Shown: positions 39,226 to 48,190, counted from the first letter of the stretch. The stretch: 62,576 bases of DNA from an uncultured Thermodesulfobacteriaceae bacterium (GCA_964585405.1 CAZPDU010000240.1:1-62576), one strand, 5' to 3'. Notes: generated from the letters alone by a model not told the origin. Translations and numbers: made by a program.

Positions 39226-39278
39226 GCCCCCTTGTACGATTTAATATTAAGGCATTCGGTGTGGTTCGCTATCATCAT
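39222..39278 (-). CDS. 18-codon upstream ORF coupled to acdA
   Basis: AAAGGAGG lies 7 nt before ATGATG. The peptide is MMIANHTECLNIKSYKGA. Its TGA stop overlaps the acdA ATG (ATGA). Confidence 0.3.
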   Translation of the reverse strand: MMIANHTECLNIKSYKGA

Positions 39279-39773
39279 CTTATGCCTCCTTTAACATAAT
39301 TGATATTCAAATCCATGGTTTTCGCATACATTTTCATTTACTTTGTTGTCCGGTGCCCGACAACTTTCTGATCTGAAAAATGGGAGACGTAATTGACTAG
39401 CTTGACCACTTTTTCGTTTTCCTTGTAATTATCTTGGAAATGGCAGATGTAGAAACTCCAAGCTGGCCGGAGACTTCTGCCAATGGGATTCCATAATCCT
39501 GTATCAATTGATACGCTATCCGCAGCCTGACCTGTAAGATATACCGCGACGACTACCCAAAAGTACAGGTTTTTTTAAGGAGATCTGCTCGTTGGCGTAT
39601 AGGTAGGATAGATGCGGTGGTTGTGTAGCTAAAGTTTGACTCGTTTAATAGAGTTCCCTCCGGGAAATTCAACGGGGTGAACGTCTTTTCCCCCCCGCCC
39701 GGCAATTAAAAAAACCCAAAGAGCAACTCAAGCTGGTCAATTACATATTTGTTTTATGTAACTAAAAGTATAA

Positions 39774-40325
39774 CTACGGTTCCTCCAAGGGGGGAACATA
39801 ATCCGGCGGAACAGAGTTGAAACCTGCGGGCGGGTAACCGGATGGTGGTGGAGGCGGAATTTGCCATACCTGACGGGCCCGTGTTCTGACTCCGGGGATC
39901 TGGTTCCCCTTGGCATACATGCACTGCATATATGCAACATCGTAACGATATTGCGCCTCCCAACCATAAACCCTGCCGGAACTGGCTCCTGAAGCAGCTC
40001 CGACCAGAAGTCCGCTCCCGGCTCCGATAGCTGCACCTGAACCCGTATCCCCGGAAGCCGAGCCGATGGCGGCGCCGACCCCGGAGCCAATAGCTGTGCC
40101 CACAACGGCGCCCGCAGCTGTATTCTGATTTACCGCCTCCTGTGGGCTGAGTCCGATCTGCTGTCTTGCCCACTGTCTGCAGGTGGCGTCCTCGACCCGG
40201 AACTGCTCAAGGGACTTTCCTGGAGCAGGCAAGACCATCACACTTGGCCCTTTAGGAATCGTGGCACATCCGGACAGCACAGAGAGCGCTATGGCCACAA
40301 AAAAGCTTTTCCCATACCTAATCAT
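39774..40325 (-). CDS. glycine-zipper lipoprotein
   Basis: Lipobox LSGC after MIRYGKSFFVAIALSV. Gly-zipper GAVVGTAIGSGVGAAIGSASG...GAGSGLLVGAASG. Conserved C-terminus YRYDVAYMQCMYAKGN. Confidence 0.7.
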   Translation of the reverse strand: MIRYGKSFFVAIALSVLSGCATIPKGPSVMVLPAPGKSLEQFRVEDATCRQWARQQIGLSPQEAVNQNTAAGAVVGTAIGSGVGAAIGSASGDTGSGAAIGAGSGLLVGAASGASSGRVYGWEAQYRYDVAYMQCMYAKGNQIPGVRTRARQVWQIPPPPPSGYPPAGFNSVPPDYVPPLEEP

Positions 40326-40329
40326 GATT

Positions 40330-40845
40330 TCACTCACCTCCATCCTGCGGCACTGGAGAGGGGACAACCCTCAGCCAGCCCTCCGGACATTTTTTAATAT
40401 ATGGATAATAGCCCTCGGGTTTTGGACAGTAATACCAGTAATTTTGTTCTTCCTGTTCCGGAGCAGGCTCTATATATATCGGCTGTTGCCGTTGAATGGC
40501 AGGAGGAGCAGAATAATAGGGATAGTAGTAAGGATACGGAGAATACGTATAGGGATAGTACGGATATCCCCTCCATGGGTCCCACCATCCTGGTCCTATC
40601 CAGATATTTCCCCCATAAGAGTACCGCGGCCCACGATAATATCGAGATCCGCGATAATATCCCGGTCCGTGATGAGAATATCGCGGTCCAGGATGGTATT
40701 GAGACCCGCGATAATGTCCAGGTCCGTGATGAGAGCTATCTGATCTGTAATGGGTTCTATCTCTGCCTGCGGACCCTGGCAGCGTATTTAAGGTGAGCAT
40801 TATCAGAAACGCACAGATAATCAAAACAGTTTTTTTCATAGACAC
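40330..40845 (-). CDS. secreted low-complexity Tyr/Gly/Pro/Arg/His-rich protein with a C-terminal two-Cys motif
   Basis: Signal peptide MSMKKTVLIICAFLIMLTLNTLPGSA. Repeats HHGPGHYRGS / GPRYS / YPYYPY. C-terminus YWYYCPKPEGYYPYIKKCPEGWLRVVP. SD GGAGGTG upstream. Confidence 0.6.
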   Translation of the reverse strand: MSMKKTVLIICAFLIMLTLNTLPGSAGRDRTHYRSDSSHHGPGHYRGSQYHPGPRYSHHGPGYYRGSRYYRGPRYSYGGNIWIGPGWWDPWRGYPYYPYTYSPYPYYYPYYSAPPAIQRQQPIYIEPAPEQEEQNYWYYCPKPEGYYPYIKKCPEGWLRVVPSPVPQDGGE

Positions 40846-40984
40846 CTCCTGTTACGTGAAGCATTTCCTTATTGACCTTTGAAGCTTACAGGAAAACACT
40901 TCTTGCGATTTGGACTGAAACGATACTCCCAACCGCCTCACACTGACTCGAACGTGTCCTTCAATTCCGTCACTGGCAATTCTG

Positions 40985-41075
40985 TTATTAGCTAATTTTT
41001 AGTATGTACTTTAGGGGATGGACTGTCAAATTCAGAAAGTGATGTCGAGTAAAGAGAAAATCAGATTATCCTTTT
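40985..41075 (-). promoter_or_regulatory. promoter-like module, copy C
   Basis: The minus strand reads TCGACATCACTTTCTGAATTTGACAGTCCATCCCCTAAAGTACATACTAAAAATTAGCTAATAA. It lies about 170 nt upstream of the 40845 start. Confidence 0.4.
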
Positions 41076-41502
41076 AATTATCGCCCGCCCAAATTTTAGT
41101 GCCTACCAAATTTTTGCGGCCCCGTTTCAAAAAAGTTCCCTTTTTGGAATGCTGCGGAACAGTCTGTTTGAGTCTGTTTTTGCGAATCATGTCCTTACGC
41201 TTTGTGTCTCCGTACTTTCCAAACCTGCTGCCCATAAATTATCCTTTCGATGCCGTTACCAAGATATAATAAGTATTTATAACAGATTAAGTTTTGGCAC
41301 TTAGAATTAAGATGCTGTGTATTCCTGGTAGTTTTATAATAAGCATTTTATAATAGTTTTAAAAGAGTTGACATCGTTCGGCAAAGTAAATTCTATTTTC
41401 CAATTTTGCGGGTCAGTGTGTGACCACAATTGCACGGTTGCTTTGGAAACAAACATTGCCAGGCCCTCATCTTTTTCCCTTTCTTCAAGTAGGAATAAAA
41501 GT

Positions 41503-41772
41503 TCATGATCTTTTCTCTACACTGCCATAGGCAGCGGGATTGATCTTACCAAGTTCCTCGATAAAGCGATCGAGTATTAGGTGATTTTCGTCCAGTCCCT
41601 GTTTCAGCATTAGGCTAAAAGCCTTATCCTCTGCGGATAACGGCATGCTGATAAAGTCCATACGGTCATAGCGGACCAAGGATGTGCGATTGAAAAACAG
41701 TCTGATCCGGCTTTCGGCGTCAATGGCTGTTTCAGCAGAGACGAGGATGACATGTCTGGCAAGCAATTCCAT
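41503..41772 (-). CDS. hypothetical protein
   Basis: 89-aa ORF with no recognisable motif. Kept only because no alternative explains the region. Confidence 0.3.
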   Translation of the reverse strand: MELLARHVILVSAETAIDAESRIRLFFNRTSLVRYDRMDFISMPLSAEDKAFSLMLKQGLDENHLILDRFIEELGKINPAAYGSVEKRS

Positions 41773-42035
41773 GGTATCAGACTGTCAGGCCGTATATGAA
41801 CGGGTGGCGTAGTAAATCATTATTTAGTGGGCGACAATTAACAACAGGGGCTGATCTGGTACTGGATTTCTGGTCTTACATATGCCCCTTTTAAGTCACT
41901 GCTGCAGGTTTTTTTGACTGGATTTCGACATTGCACAGGAGAAAGTCCTGTTATCTCGTTCAGTAATGTATTTAATTAAATGGGCAAAGCATATATACGT
42001 CTCATTAGTATCTCACACGGAAGCCTTTATGGAAT

Positions 42036-42704
42036 TTATTGTTCATAGACAAGCGATTCGGAAGAAAAGCCCATATCCTTGACTATGATATTAATATCCT
42101 CAACAAATTTATCCGGTCCGCAGACATAGGCATACTGTTCCTTATCGGTCAGGGTCTTTTCAAGGTAGCTGCGGTCAATGTGTCCTTCCTCATAGCCTGG
42201 GCCGCTTTCCCGCGTACAGATAAGATGGCAGCGGCGGTCGAGATAATAGCGCAGTTCCTTCTCGCAGATCACATCTGCCGGGGTCTTATTTGAAAATATC
42301 AGAGTCTGCTCCGCTATGGTTCGTTCGAGTACGAGCTGCCGGAAGATGGACAAAAAAGGCGTAATTCCTGCGCCGGCTGCGATAAATACCCCTGGGCCCT
42401 TGTATGATATGGTGCCAAAAGGATCGCTTATCAACAGATTTTCGCCTGCTTTCATACTATGCAGTCTGTCTGTAACGGCCTTATGCTCAGGATATTTCTT
42501 TATAGTAAACTCCAGCACTCTGTCAGATACCAGGCTGGTCGGAGTAAACGGCCTGCCTTTCTCCTCCCGCCATTTTTCCTTATCGATTACAAGCTCTACG
42601 CCCTGGCCTGGTGTAAAGCTGAAGTTCTCTGGTTTTTTGACTATGAAACGTTTAACATCATGGGTAACAAACTCGGTCATCAGGATGGCAGCCCGATATT
42701 TCAT
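42036..42704 (-). CDS. FAD/NAD(P)-binding oxidoreductase, ferredoxin-NADP reductase-like
   Basis: 222 aa. FAD motif RPFTPTS and NAD motif FIAAGAGITPFLSIFRQL. Confidence 0.8.
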   Translation of the reverse strand: MKYRAAILMTEFVTHDVKRFIVKKPENFSFTPGQGVELVIDKEKWREEKGRPFTPTSLVSDRVLEFTIKKYPEHKAVTDRLHSMKAGENLLISDPFGTISYKGPGVFIAAGAGITPFLSIFRQLVLERTIAEQTLIFSNKTPADVICEKELRYYLDRRCHLICTRESGPGYEEGHIDRSYLEKTLTDKEQYAYVCGPDKFVEDINIIVKDMGFSSESLVYEQ

Positions 42705-42739
42705 TATTTACCTCCTAAAATCATATAGATGTCCGTTTT

Positions 42740-43129
42740 CTATTTTTCGACGAACTCACCATTCCTGAATTTTCCTACCAACTTCTTTCCGTTAGAAGAA
42801 GTTAGGGTCCCTTTCCCGTGTAACTTGTTATTTTTGAATTCGCCCACATATTTGACCCCGTCTGGACGTACCAAAATCCCTTTTCCCTGCATCATGTTAT
42901 TTTTGAATTCGCCCACATATTTTGCCCCATCAGGCGATGTCAAGGTCCCTTTTCCATGCATCTTGCCGTCCTTGAATTGACCCGTATATTTTTCTCCATT
43001 GGGGCGGACAAAGGTCCCCTGTCCATTTACACAGTTTCCTTTAATACAATCGCCAAATGCACTAAGGGGCGACAAAAAAAATACGAACACTAAGGCTATT
43101 GAAAGCGCTCTCATTTTCTTTTCCTCCAT
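42740..43129 (-). CDS. secreted MORN-repeat protein
   Basis: Signal peptide followed by four 23-aa MORN units (YxGxFKxxxxHGKGTL...). The DNA shows the matching 69-bp periodicity. Confidence 0.8.
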   Translation of the reverse strand: MEEKKMRALSIALVFVFFLSPLSAFGDCIKGNCVNGQGTFVRPNGEKYTGQFKDGKMHGKGTLTSPDGAKYVGEFKNNMMQGKGILVRPDGVKYVGEFKNNKLHGKGTLTSSNGKKLVGKFRNGEFVEK

Positions 43130-43151
43130 TTTTTTCTCAGTAAAAGCCTAT

Positions 43152-43799
43152 TCACGAGACCACAGGCATAATGACGATGTTTACCCTTCTGTTAGCTGCA
43201 TTACTGGAAGAGATCGTTTGGGATTCACCGAAACCTGCAGTATAAATCCTTCTGGGATCTATGCCTCGCTGTATAAGTGCATTAGCCACTGCTTCCGCAC
43301 GTCTTTCGGACAATTGTTGATTATAGGTTTCAGGACCTGTGGCGTCCGTATGACCCTCGACCCTTATGGTCGTCTGGGGATACCTGCTCAACACCTCAGC
43401 CACCCGACCGATCTCAGTATAGGCACCAGGTTTCAATGTGGATGAGTCGAAATCGAAAAAGAAGTCGCTTTTGAAAGTGGCCGTCAGGACGTCTTGCGTC
43501 CGGTGAATACTTGCGGCTTCACTGGCGGCTATTGCGGATCTGAGTTCTTGCTCCTGCCGGTCCATATAGGCACCGATTTGATGACCACCAAGACCGCCGA
43601 TTGCGGCCCCGATGCCGGTACCTATAAGTGTTGCCTCTGTATCCCGACCGATGACCTGGCCCAGGATGGCCCCGGTAGCAGCACCAATCAAAACACCTGT
43701 TGTTGCCCCTCTTTGTTGTCGTGATTGCGCTGCACAGGAAAACAAGCAAATCAGCAGTGCAAAACTTAAAAAGACTGCAATGACACTTCTCATCATCAC
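43152..43799 (-). CDS. OmpA-family peptidoglycan-binding protein with a glycine-zipper N-terminal region
   Basis: The C-terminus TIRVEGHTDATGPETYNQQLSERRAEAVANAL is the OmpA_C signature. The N-terminal part has GAATGAILG...GTGIGAAIGGLGG. Confidence 0.85.
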   Translation of the reverse strand: MMMRSVIAVFLSFALLICLFSCAAQSRQQRGATTGVLIGAATGAILGQVIGRDTEATLIGTGIGAAIGGLGGHQIGAYMDRQEQELRSAIAASEAASIHRTQDVLTATFKSDFFFDFDSSTLKPGAYTEIGRVAEVLSRYPQTTIRVEGHTDATGPETYNQQLSERRAEAVANALIQRGIDPRRIYTAGFGESQTISSSNAANRRVNIVIMPVVS

Positions 43800-44380
43800 G
43801 CCCCCTTTGTAATTAGGATCTGTTTCCCCGCCGATTTGTTTCGGCTGTTCGATGGTTGTTTTTTCAACAAGTTAAAGGAAATCGCTCTTACGATATCGAA
43901 GAGCAGATTTGCCGGAAGAAAGCTGAATTTAATCCCCAAGATCTCTCGAAATCAATTTTTCGCAACTTATGTATCATAAAATTCGTGTATCAGATCAAGA
44001 TTCGAGTGTCAAGAAGAGATAAGCATTGTGCCTGAGCATCTCAGGCCTTAAATCCGTTTTGAAAAGCAGGGATGGTGTGAAAAGTAGATCTGGAGACTTT
44101 TTCAGGGGCAATGGCGGAAATTGTCATAAGTCTCCAGTAAAACCGAAAATATACATCGAAAAGAATGGCTATGCTGAATATTAACTGCCTTCTTGATAAC
44201 CGATAGAGGATATTATTTTATACATCTTATCTAAGGGCCGTTAAAGATATATCGAGATAAAAATCGTATAAAGGTAGCAAAAGATAGGAGATTCTTAGCT
44301 AAGGTTTGTCGGCTCAATTACCGATACTTAGCACAGGAAGAGAATTATATTCTCGAAATCAGGCAATCGTTTAAGAATAT

Positions 44381-44908
44381 GTGGGAATTTTCTCAAAATA
44401 TTTTCAGTTTTCACCAGCTGGCGAGCAGTTGAATTACCACCCGAAACGAAATCAGATTCAAGGTTGCTGTGGATTTACTATCCTGGAGATCCTTCTTGTG
44501 GTGACTATTTTAGCTACCCTGTCCACCATTGCAGTTTTTGCCGGCTCCAAATATATCAACCGCGTGCAGAGCGCCAGGGCTGTGGAGGAAATCCGCATGT
44601 TGGAAAGGGAGATCACACTCTATTTTATGGAAAAGGGCGTATACCCGAACGATCTCGATGATATCGGCCAGGGGGGCTTGCATGATCCATGGGGCAAACC
44701 TTACGAGTACTTGAACATTGTCGATCTCAATCCTCCAAAGGGTAAGCTGCGGAAAGACCGGTTTTTCGTTCCGGTTAACTCGGACTACGATCTTTACAGC
44801 ATGGGCAGGGATGAAAAAACCAAAATGCCCCTTCAGAATCCGGAGGCAAAGGATGACATTATTCGGGCCAACGATGGGCAGTATGTTGGTCTTGCTGGAT
44901 ATTTTTAA
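44381..44908 (+). CDS. GspG-like type II secretion major pseudopilin (orphan)
   Basis: Prepilin motif G|FTILEILLVVTILATL with Glu at +5. C-terminal DPWGKPYEY...DYDLYSMGRD as in GspG. The start codon is uncertain, since the leader is unusually long from 44381. Confidence 0.75.
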   Translation: MGIFSKYFQFSPAGEQLNYHPKRNQIQGCCGFTILEILLVVTILATLSTIAVFAGSKYINRVQSARAVEEIRMLEREITLYFMEKGVYPNDLDDIGQGGLHDPWGKPYEYLNIVDLNPPKGKLRKDRFFVPVNSDYDLYSMGRDEKTKMPLQNPEAKDDIIRANDGQYVGLAGYF

Positions 44909-44916
44909 CTGGATTT

Positions 44917-47028
44917 GTGACTATGAAGTTATCCAAATCCTTTCTTCGCAGTAGGGTTGCACGTCGAATTTTCGTACTTTTTATTTTGTGTGCCCTGGTT
45001 CCTATTCTATTTCTTGCCGTTTACTCATTTGGCCATGTGACCATACAGCTTAATGAACAGAACGATCAGAAAATACAGTGGGAAAGTAAAAATATCGGGA
45101 TGTCTATTATGGAACGCCTGCTGTCTCTTGAAAGGGGAATGGTGGACATCCAATTTTATGTGCATGCAATGACTGATTCCAAGAATTCCTTTACCGCTGA
45201 AGAATTCAGAGAATATTTTGCGCAGCGCTTTTCAGCCCTTGCATTAATTAACGGCTTTGGGCGCCTTGTGCCCCTTATTGGCCAGATTAAAAACCCGCCT
45301 GAACTAGATCAAACTGACATGAAACGCCTTCAGGCCGGGGAAACTGTTCTGTTCGTCAACTATCCTCAAAATGACCTTCCGCAAATATTCATGATAAGGT
45401 CAGTGGACACACATGACATCCAGGCGGGTATAATTTTGGGAGAGATCAGTGCAGCCGAGCTTTGGGGTGTGGGAGAAATATACACATTGCCGGCCATGAC
45501 AGAAATCAGTATTTTAGATGAGTACGACAATGTACTTTATAGTTCAATCTCCCTGCCTGAAAATTTTTCAGATCACTTAGTTTCAAGGATCAATGATTCC
45601 AGAGATCGACTATTTGAATGGGAACACGAGGACGAAGTCTATCTGGCAAGCTCTTGGGCAATCTTCTTAAAGGCTAGGTACTCCATACCTAAATGGACAG
45701 TAGTATTAAGTCAACCAAAGGCAATAGCACTCGCACCTGTGGCCTATTTCAATAAAATTTTTTTTCTTGTTGTCCTTTTATCACTGTGGGTGGTTCTATT
45801 TCTCAGCACAGTCCAGATACGCAGGAACCTTATTCCGCTTGAAAAGCTTAAGGAGGGTGCCGTTCGGATCGGCCATAAGGACTTTAATACGCGGGTATGC
45901 ATAACCAGCGGAGATGAATTTGAGGAATTAGCTGATTCCTTTAATGAAATGAGCGGTCGATTGGGCAAGCAGTTCAGTGTCCTGAAGGCTATGGCTGAGA
46001 TTGATCAGGCGATACTTGGAATCTTAGATACAGACAAAATTGTGGATACTATTCTGAGCAAAATGGGTGATGTGGTTCCATGTCAACTTGTAAGTGTAAG
46101 TATTTTGGATCGTAATGATTCAAATACTGTCCGGACCCACATAAAAGCAGGGGAGACCGGAAATGGGAAGTCCCTTAAGTTGCCGGCTCTCAGGTCGGAC
46201 GAATTGCAAATCCTTACCAAGAATTTTCATCACCTGTTTATTGAAGTTAAGCGCTCCATGCCTTCTTATTTAAGACCATTGGTTAGAGACGGATTAAATT
46301 CATTTTTGGTGCTGCCCATATTTATCAAGGAGAAACTGGCTGGGATAATTTCTCTTGGTTTTCCCCCTGGATATGAAAAAAATGAGGAAGACTTGATTCA
46401 GGTCAGACAGTTAGCTGACCAGGCAAACGTGGCCTTGTCAAATGTCTACCTTGTTGACGATTTGGCCCAGCTCAACTGGGGTACACTGACTGCTCTCGCC
46501 CGTACCGTTGATGCAAAATCACCCTGGACATCGGGTCACTCTGAGAGGGTGGCGGAACTTGCGTTTAAGATAGGACTGGCAATGGGACTGGAGGAAAAAG
46601 ATCTGGATACATTGAAGAGGGCAGGACTCCTCCATGATATAGGCAAGATAGGCATTCCTGCTGCCATTCTGGACAAGAAAGGAAAATTGACTGACGAAGA
46701 ATATCTAGTAGTGAAAAGCCATCCTTTGATAGGGGCACGCATTCTGGAACCAATATCTGCGTACTCGGAAATTATACCGGTTGTTGAACAGCATCATGAG
46801 AGGTTTGACGGTACGGGTTATCCTCACGGAATCTCCGCGGAAGATATCTGTCTGGGTGCCCGGATCCTGGCTATTGCCGACGTCTTTGATGCCCTGATTT
46901 CAGATAGACCGTATCGATCCGGATGGGAACGTGAGCGGGTTTACGGTTATATCAAAGAAGAGGCTGGGCGTCATTTTGATCGTAAGGTTATTGAAGCTTT
47001 TTTTGATGTTATGGCCCAGAAGATTTGA
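44917..47028 (+). CDS. membrane sensor with HAMP, GAF and HD-GYP domains (c-di-GMP phosphodiesterase type)
   Basis: Two TM segments flank a periplasmic region. HAMP follows TM2. The GAF-like region is followed by HDIGKIGIP...HHERFDGTGYPHG. The likely start is the ATG at 44923. Confidence 0.85.
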   Translation: MTMKLSKSFLRSRVARRIFVLFILCALVPILFLAVYSFGHVTIQLNEQNDQKIQWESKNIGMSIMERLLSLERGMVDIQFYVHAMTDSKNSFTAEEFREYFAQRFSALALINGFGRLVPLIGQIKNPPELDQTDMKRLQAGETVLFVNYPQNDLPQIFMIRSVDTHDIQAGIILGEISAAELWGVGEIYTLPAMTEISILDEYDNVLYSSISLPENFSDHLVSRINDSRDRLFEWEHEDEVYLASSWAIFLKARYSIPKWTVVLSQPKAIALAPVAYFNKIFFLVVLLSLWVVLFLSTVQIRRNLIPLEKLKEGAVRIGHKDFNTRVCITSGDEFEELADSFNEMSGRLGKQFSVLKAMAEIDQAILGILDTDKIVDTILSKMGDVVPCQLVSVSILDRNDSNTVRTHIKAGETGNGKSLKLPALRSDELQILTKNFHHLFIEVKRSMPSYLRPLVRDGLNSFLVLPIFIKEKLAGIISLGFPPGYEKNEEDLIQVRQLADQANVALSNVYLVDDLAQLNWGTLTALARTVDAKSPWTSGHSERVAELAFKIGLAMGLEEKDLDTLKRAGLLHDIGKIGIPAAILDKKGKLTDEEYLVVKSHPLIGARILEPISAYSEIIPVVEQHHERFDGTGYPHGISAEDICLGARILAIADVFDALISDRPYRSGWERERVYGYIKEEAGRHFDRKVIEAFFDVMAQKI

Positions 47029-47053
47029 CTTATTTATCGGGAATTGAGAACAA

Positions 47054-47449
47054 ATGAAGCATAAAATAAAATTCAAATGGATTTTTATGGCCATACTTGT
47101 CGTTACGGCAATATTAGTCATGCACCATAAATATAATAAAGATAACGAATCACTTCCAGACGATTTGATTGGTCGTTGGATTACTTCATCACCGAGGTAT
47201 AACGGACGCTTTTTAGAGCTAAGCCAGATTGCGGTCATTTTTGGTGTCGGTGAAGACAATATTGATGTGAACTTTATTTCATCAGTGGAAAAACGAATTG
47301 AAGCCGATGTTATCCTATATACCATTAAGTATCGTAATCAAAACGAAACCGAAGGTTCCATCGTTTTTTACTGGTATCCTTCTGATAATGTGATCAGGCT
47401 GAAGAACCAGAGACAAATGATCTGGAAAAAATCAAGGGATAAATGCTGA
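47054..47449 (+). CDS. hypothetical membrane-anchored protein
   Basis: 131 aa with a single N-terminal TM segment. No family recognised. Confidence 0.4.
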   Translation: MKHKIKFKWIFMAILVVTAILVMHHKYNKDNESLPDDLIGRWITSSPRYNGRFLELSQIAVIFGVGEDNIDVNFISSVEKRIEADVILYTIKYRNQNETEGSIVFYWYPSDNVIRLKNQRQMIWKKSRDKC

Positions 47450-47547
47450 TTCTTATCTTTTTTGCTGACAGTTACTTTTTCCGTAACGGCGTCAAATCAG
47501 CCTTCACAGGAGTTAATAATTATATAAGTATTTAAGGGAGTTGCAAA

Positions 47548-48159
47548 ATGGAGAAAAAATTTAAGAGGAGGAGGTATTTTGTACATCCTCTGAGCCAGGG
47601 TACCTATATCGCTTTTAGCATTATACCTGCATTACTGTCGAGTATTTTTTGCATCTATTTGCTGATCCACGGTGGAGAGATTGTTCTTAGGGCGGCCCAT
47701 GAAAAACCTCTTATGCCCTTTTACTCCATCAGACAAACGATCTTGACCTTGGAAAAAGACGCATATACAGAAGAGACAGAACAAAAGGTGAGCAGGCTAA
47801 AAGAGGAGTTGACTGTACTCAAAAACGCTCTGGAGGCCTCATATTCTGAAACGATTACTCAGTGGAATAACATAATTCGAGAAATTTTTATTCTATTAAC
47901 CCTGTTCCTTATTCTGGTAGGGGGCATTGCACTATTATATTCTCACAGGATAGCCGGTCCTCTTTTTAGAATAAATAGATGCATAAGACTGCTCTCTGAG
48001 GGTAAAGACACAGGACCCATTATTCTTCGAAAGCGCGATTATTTTAAAGATTTGGCTGAATCCTTAGAGCATCTGAGGCTGAATATGAAACACAGGGGCC
48101 TGTTAGGATCAAGCAAAACAGACTCACCAGCAGACAAAAAATGTGACGTACCGGATTAA
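47548..48159 (+). CDS. hypothetical two-TM protein with a HAMP-like segment
   Basis: 203 aa. TM-loop-TM arrangement followed by HRIAGPLFRINRCIRLLSEG, which resembles a HAMP AS1 helix. Confidence 0.45.
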   Translation: MEKKFKRRRYFVHPLSQGTYIAFSIIPALLSSIFCIYLLIHGGEIVLRAAHEKPLMPFYSIRQTILTLEKDAYTEETEQKVSRLKEELTVLKNALEASYSETITQWNNIIREIFILLTLFLILVGGIALLYSHRIAGPLFRINRCIRLLSEGKDTGPIILRKRDYFKDLAESLEHLRLNMKHRGLLGSSKTDSPADKKCDVPD

Positions 48160-48190
48160 TACAATCTATGATGTTTGAAGGATTGCGGGT

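Noticed and set aside
40183-40796. Plus-strand ORFs (40183..40743, 40401..40796) and a minus-strand ORF (40394..40588) that overlap the Tyr/Gly/Pro-rich gene.
   Set aside because: These are artefacts of the repetitive, stop-poor low-complexity DNA. Only the 40330..40845 frame has an SD, a signal peptide and a structured C-terminal motif.
41095-41110. GCCTACCA, a possible third copy of the tRNA-Lys att repeat that might mark the distal end of the accessory region.
   Set aside because: Only 8 nt match, a length expected by chance in 62 kb on two strands. A similar 8-mer also occurs at about 6895. There is no adjacent terminator homology.
41074-41235. A 53-aa basic ORF on the minus strand (MGSRFGKYGDTKRKDMIRKNRLKQ...) with AAGGA upstream. 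It is below the track's size cutoff.
   Set aside because: It is plausible but unsupported. I could detect no recognisable family and no conservation, and its end overlaps promoter-like module C. It was not called as a feature.
41838-41885. GGGGCTGATCTGGTACTGGATTTC, which resembles the 5' end of tmRNA (GGGGCUGAUUCUGGAUUCGAC).
   Set aside because: No tRNA-like 3' end (TTCGA loop ... CCACCA), no tag-peptide reading frame and no pseudoknot-rich body follow within 400 nt. The similarity is limited to about 15 nt.
42780-43010. Regular DNA repeats of about 69 bp that could be mistaken for a CRISPR-like or satellite array.
   Set aside because: The periodicity corresponds exactly to 23-aa MORN repeats within an intact, signal-peptide-bearing ORF. 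There are no unique spacers.
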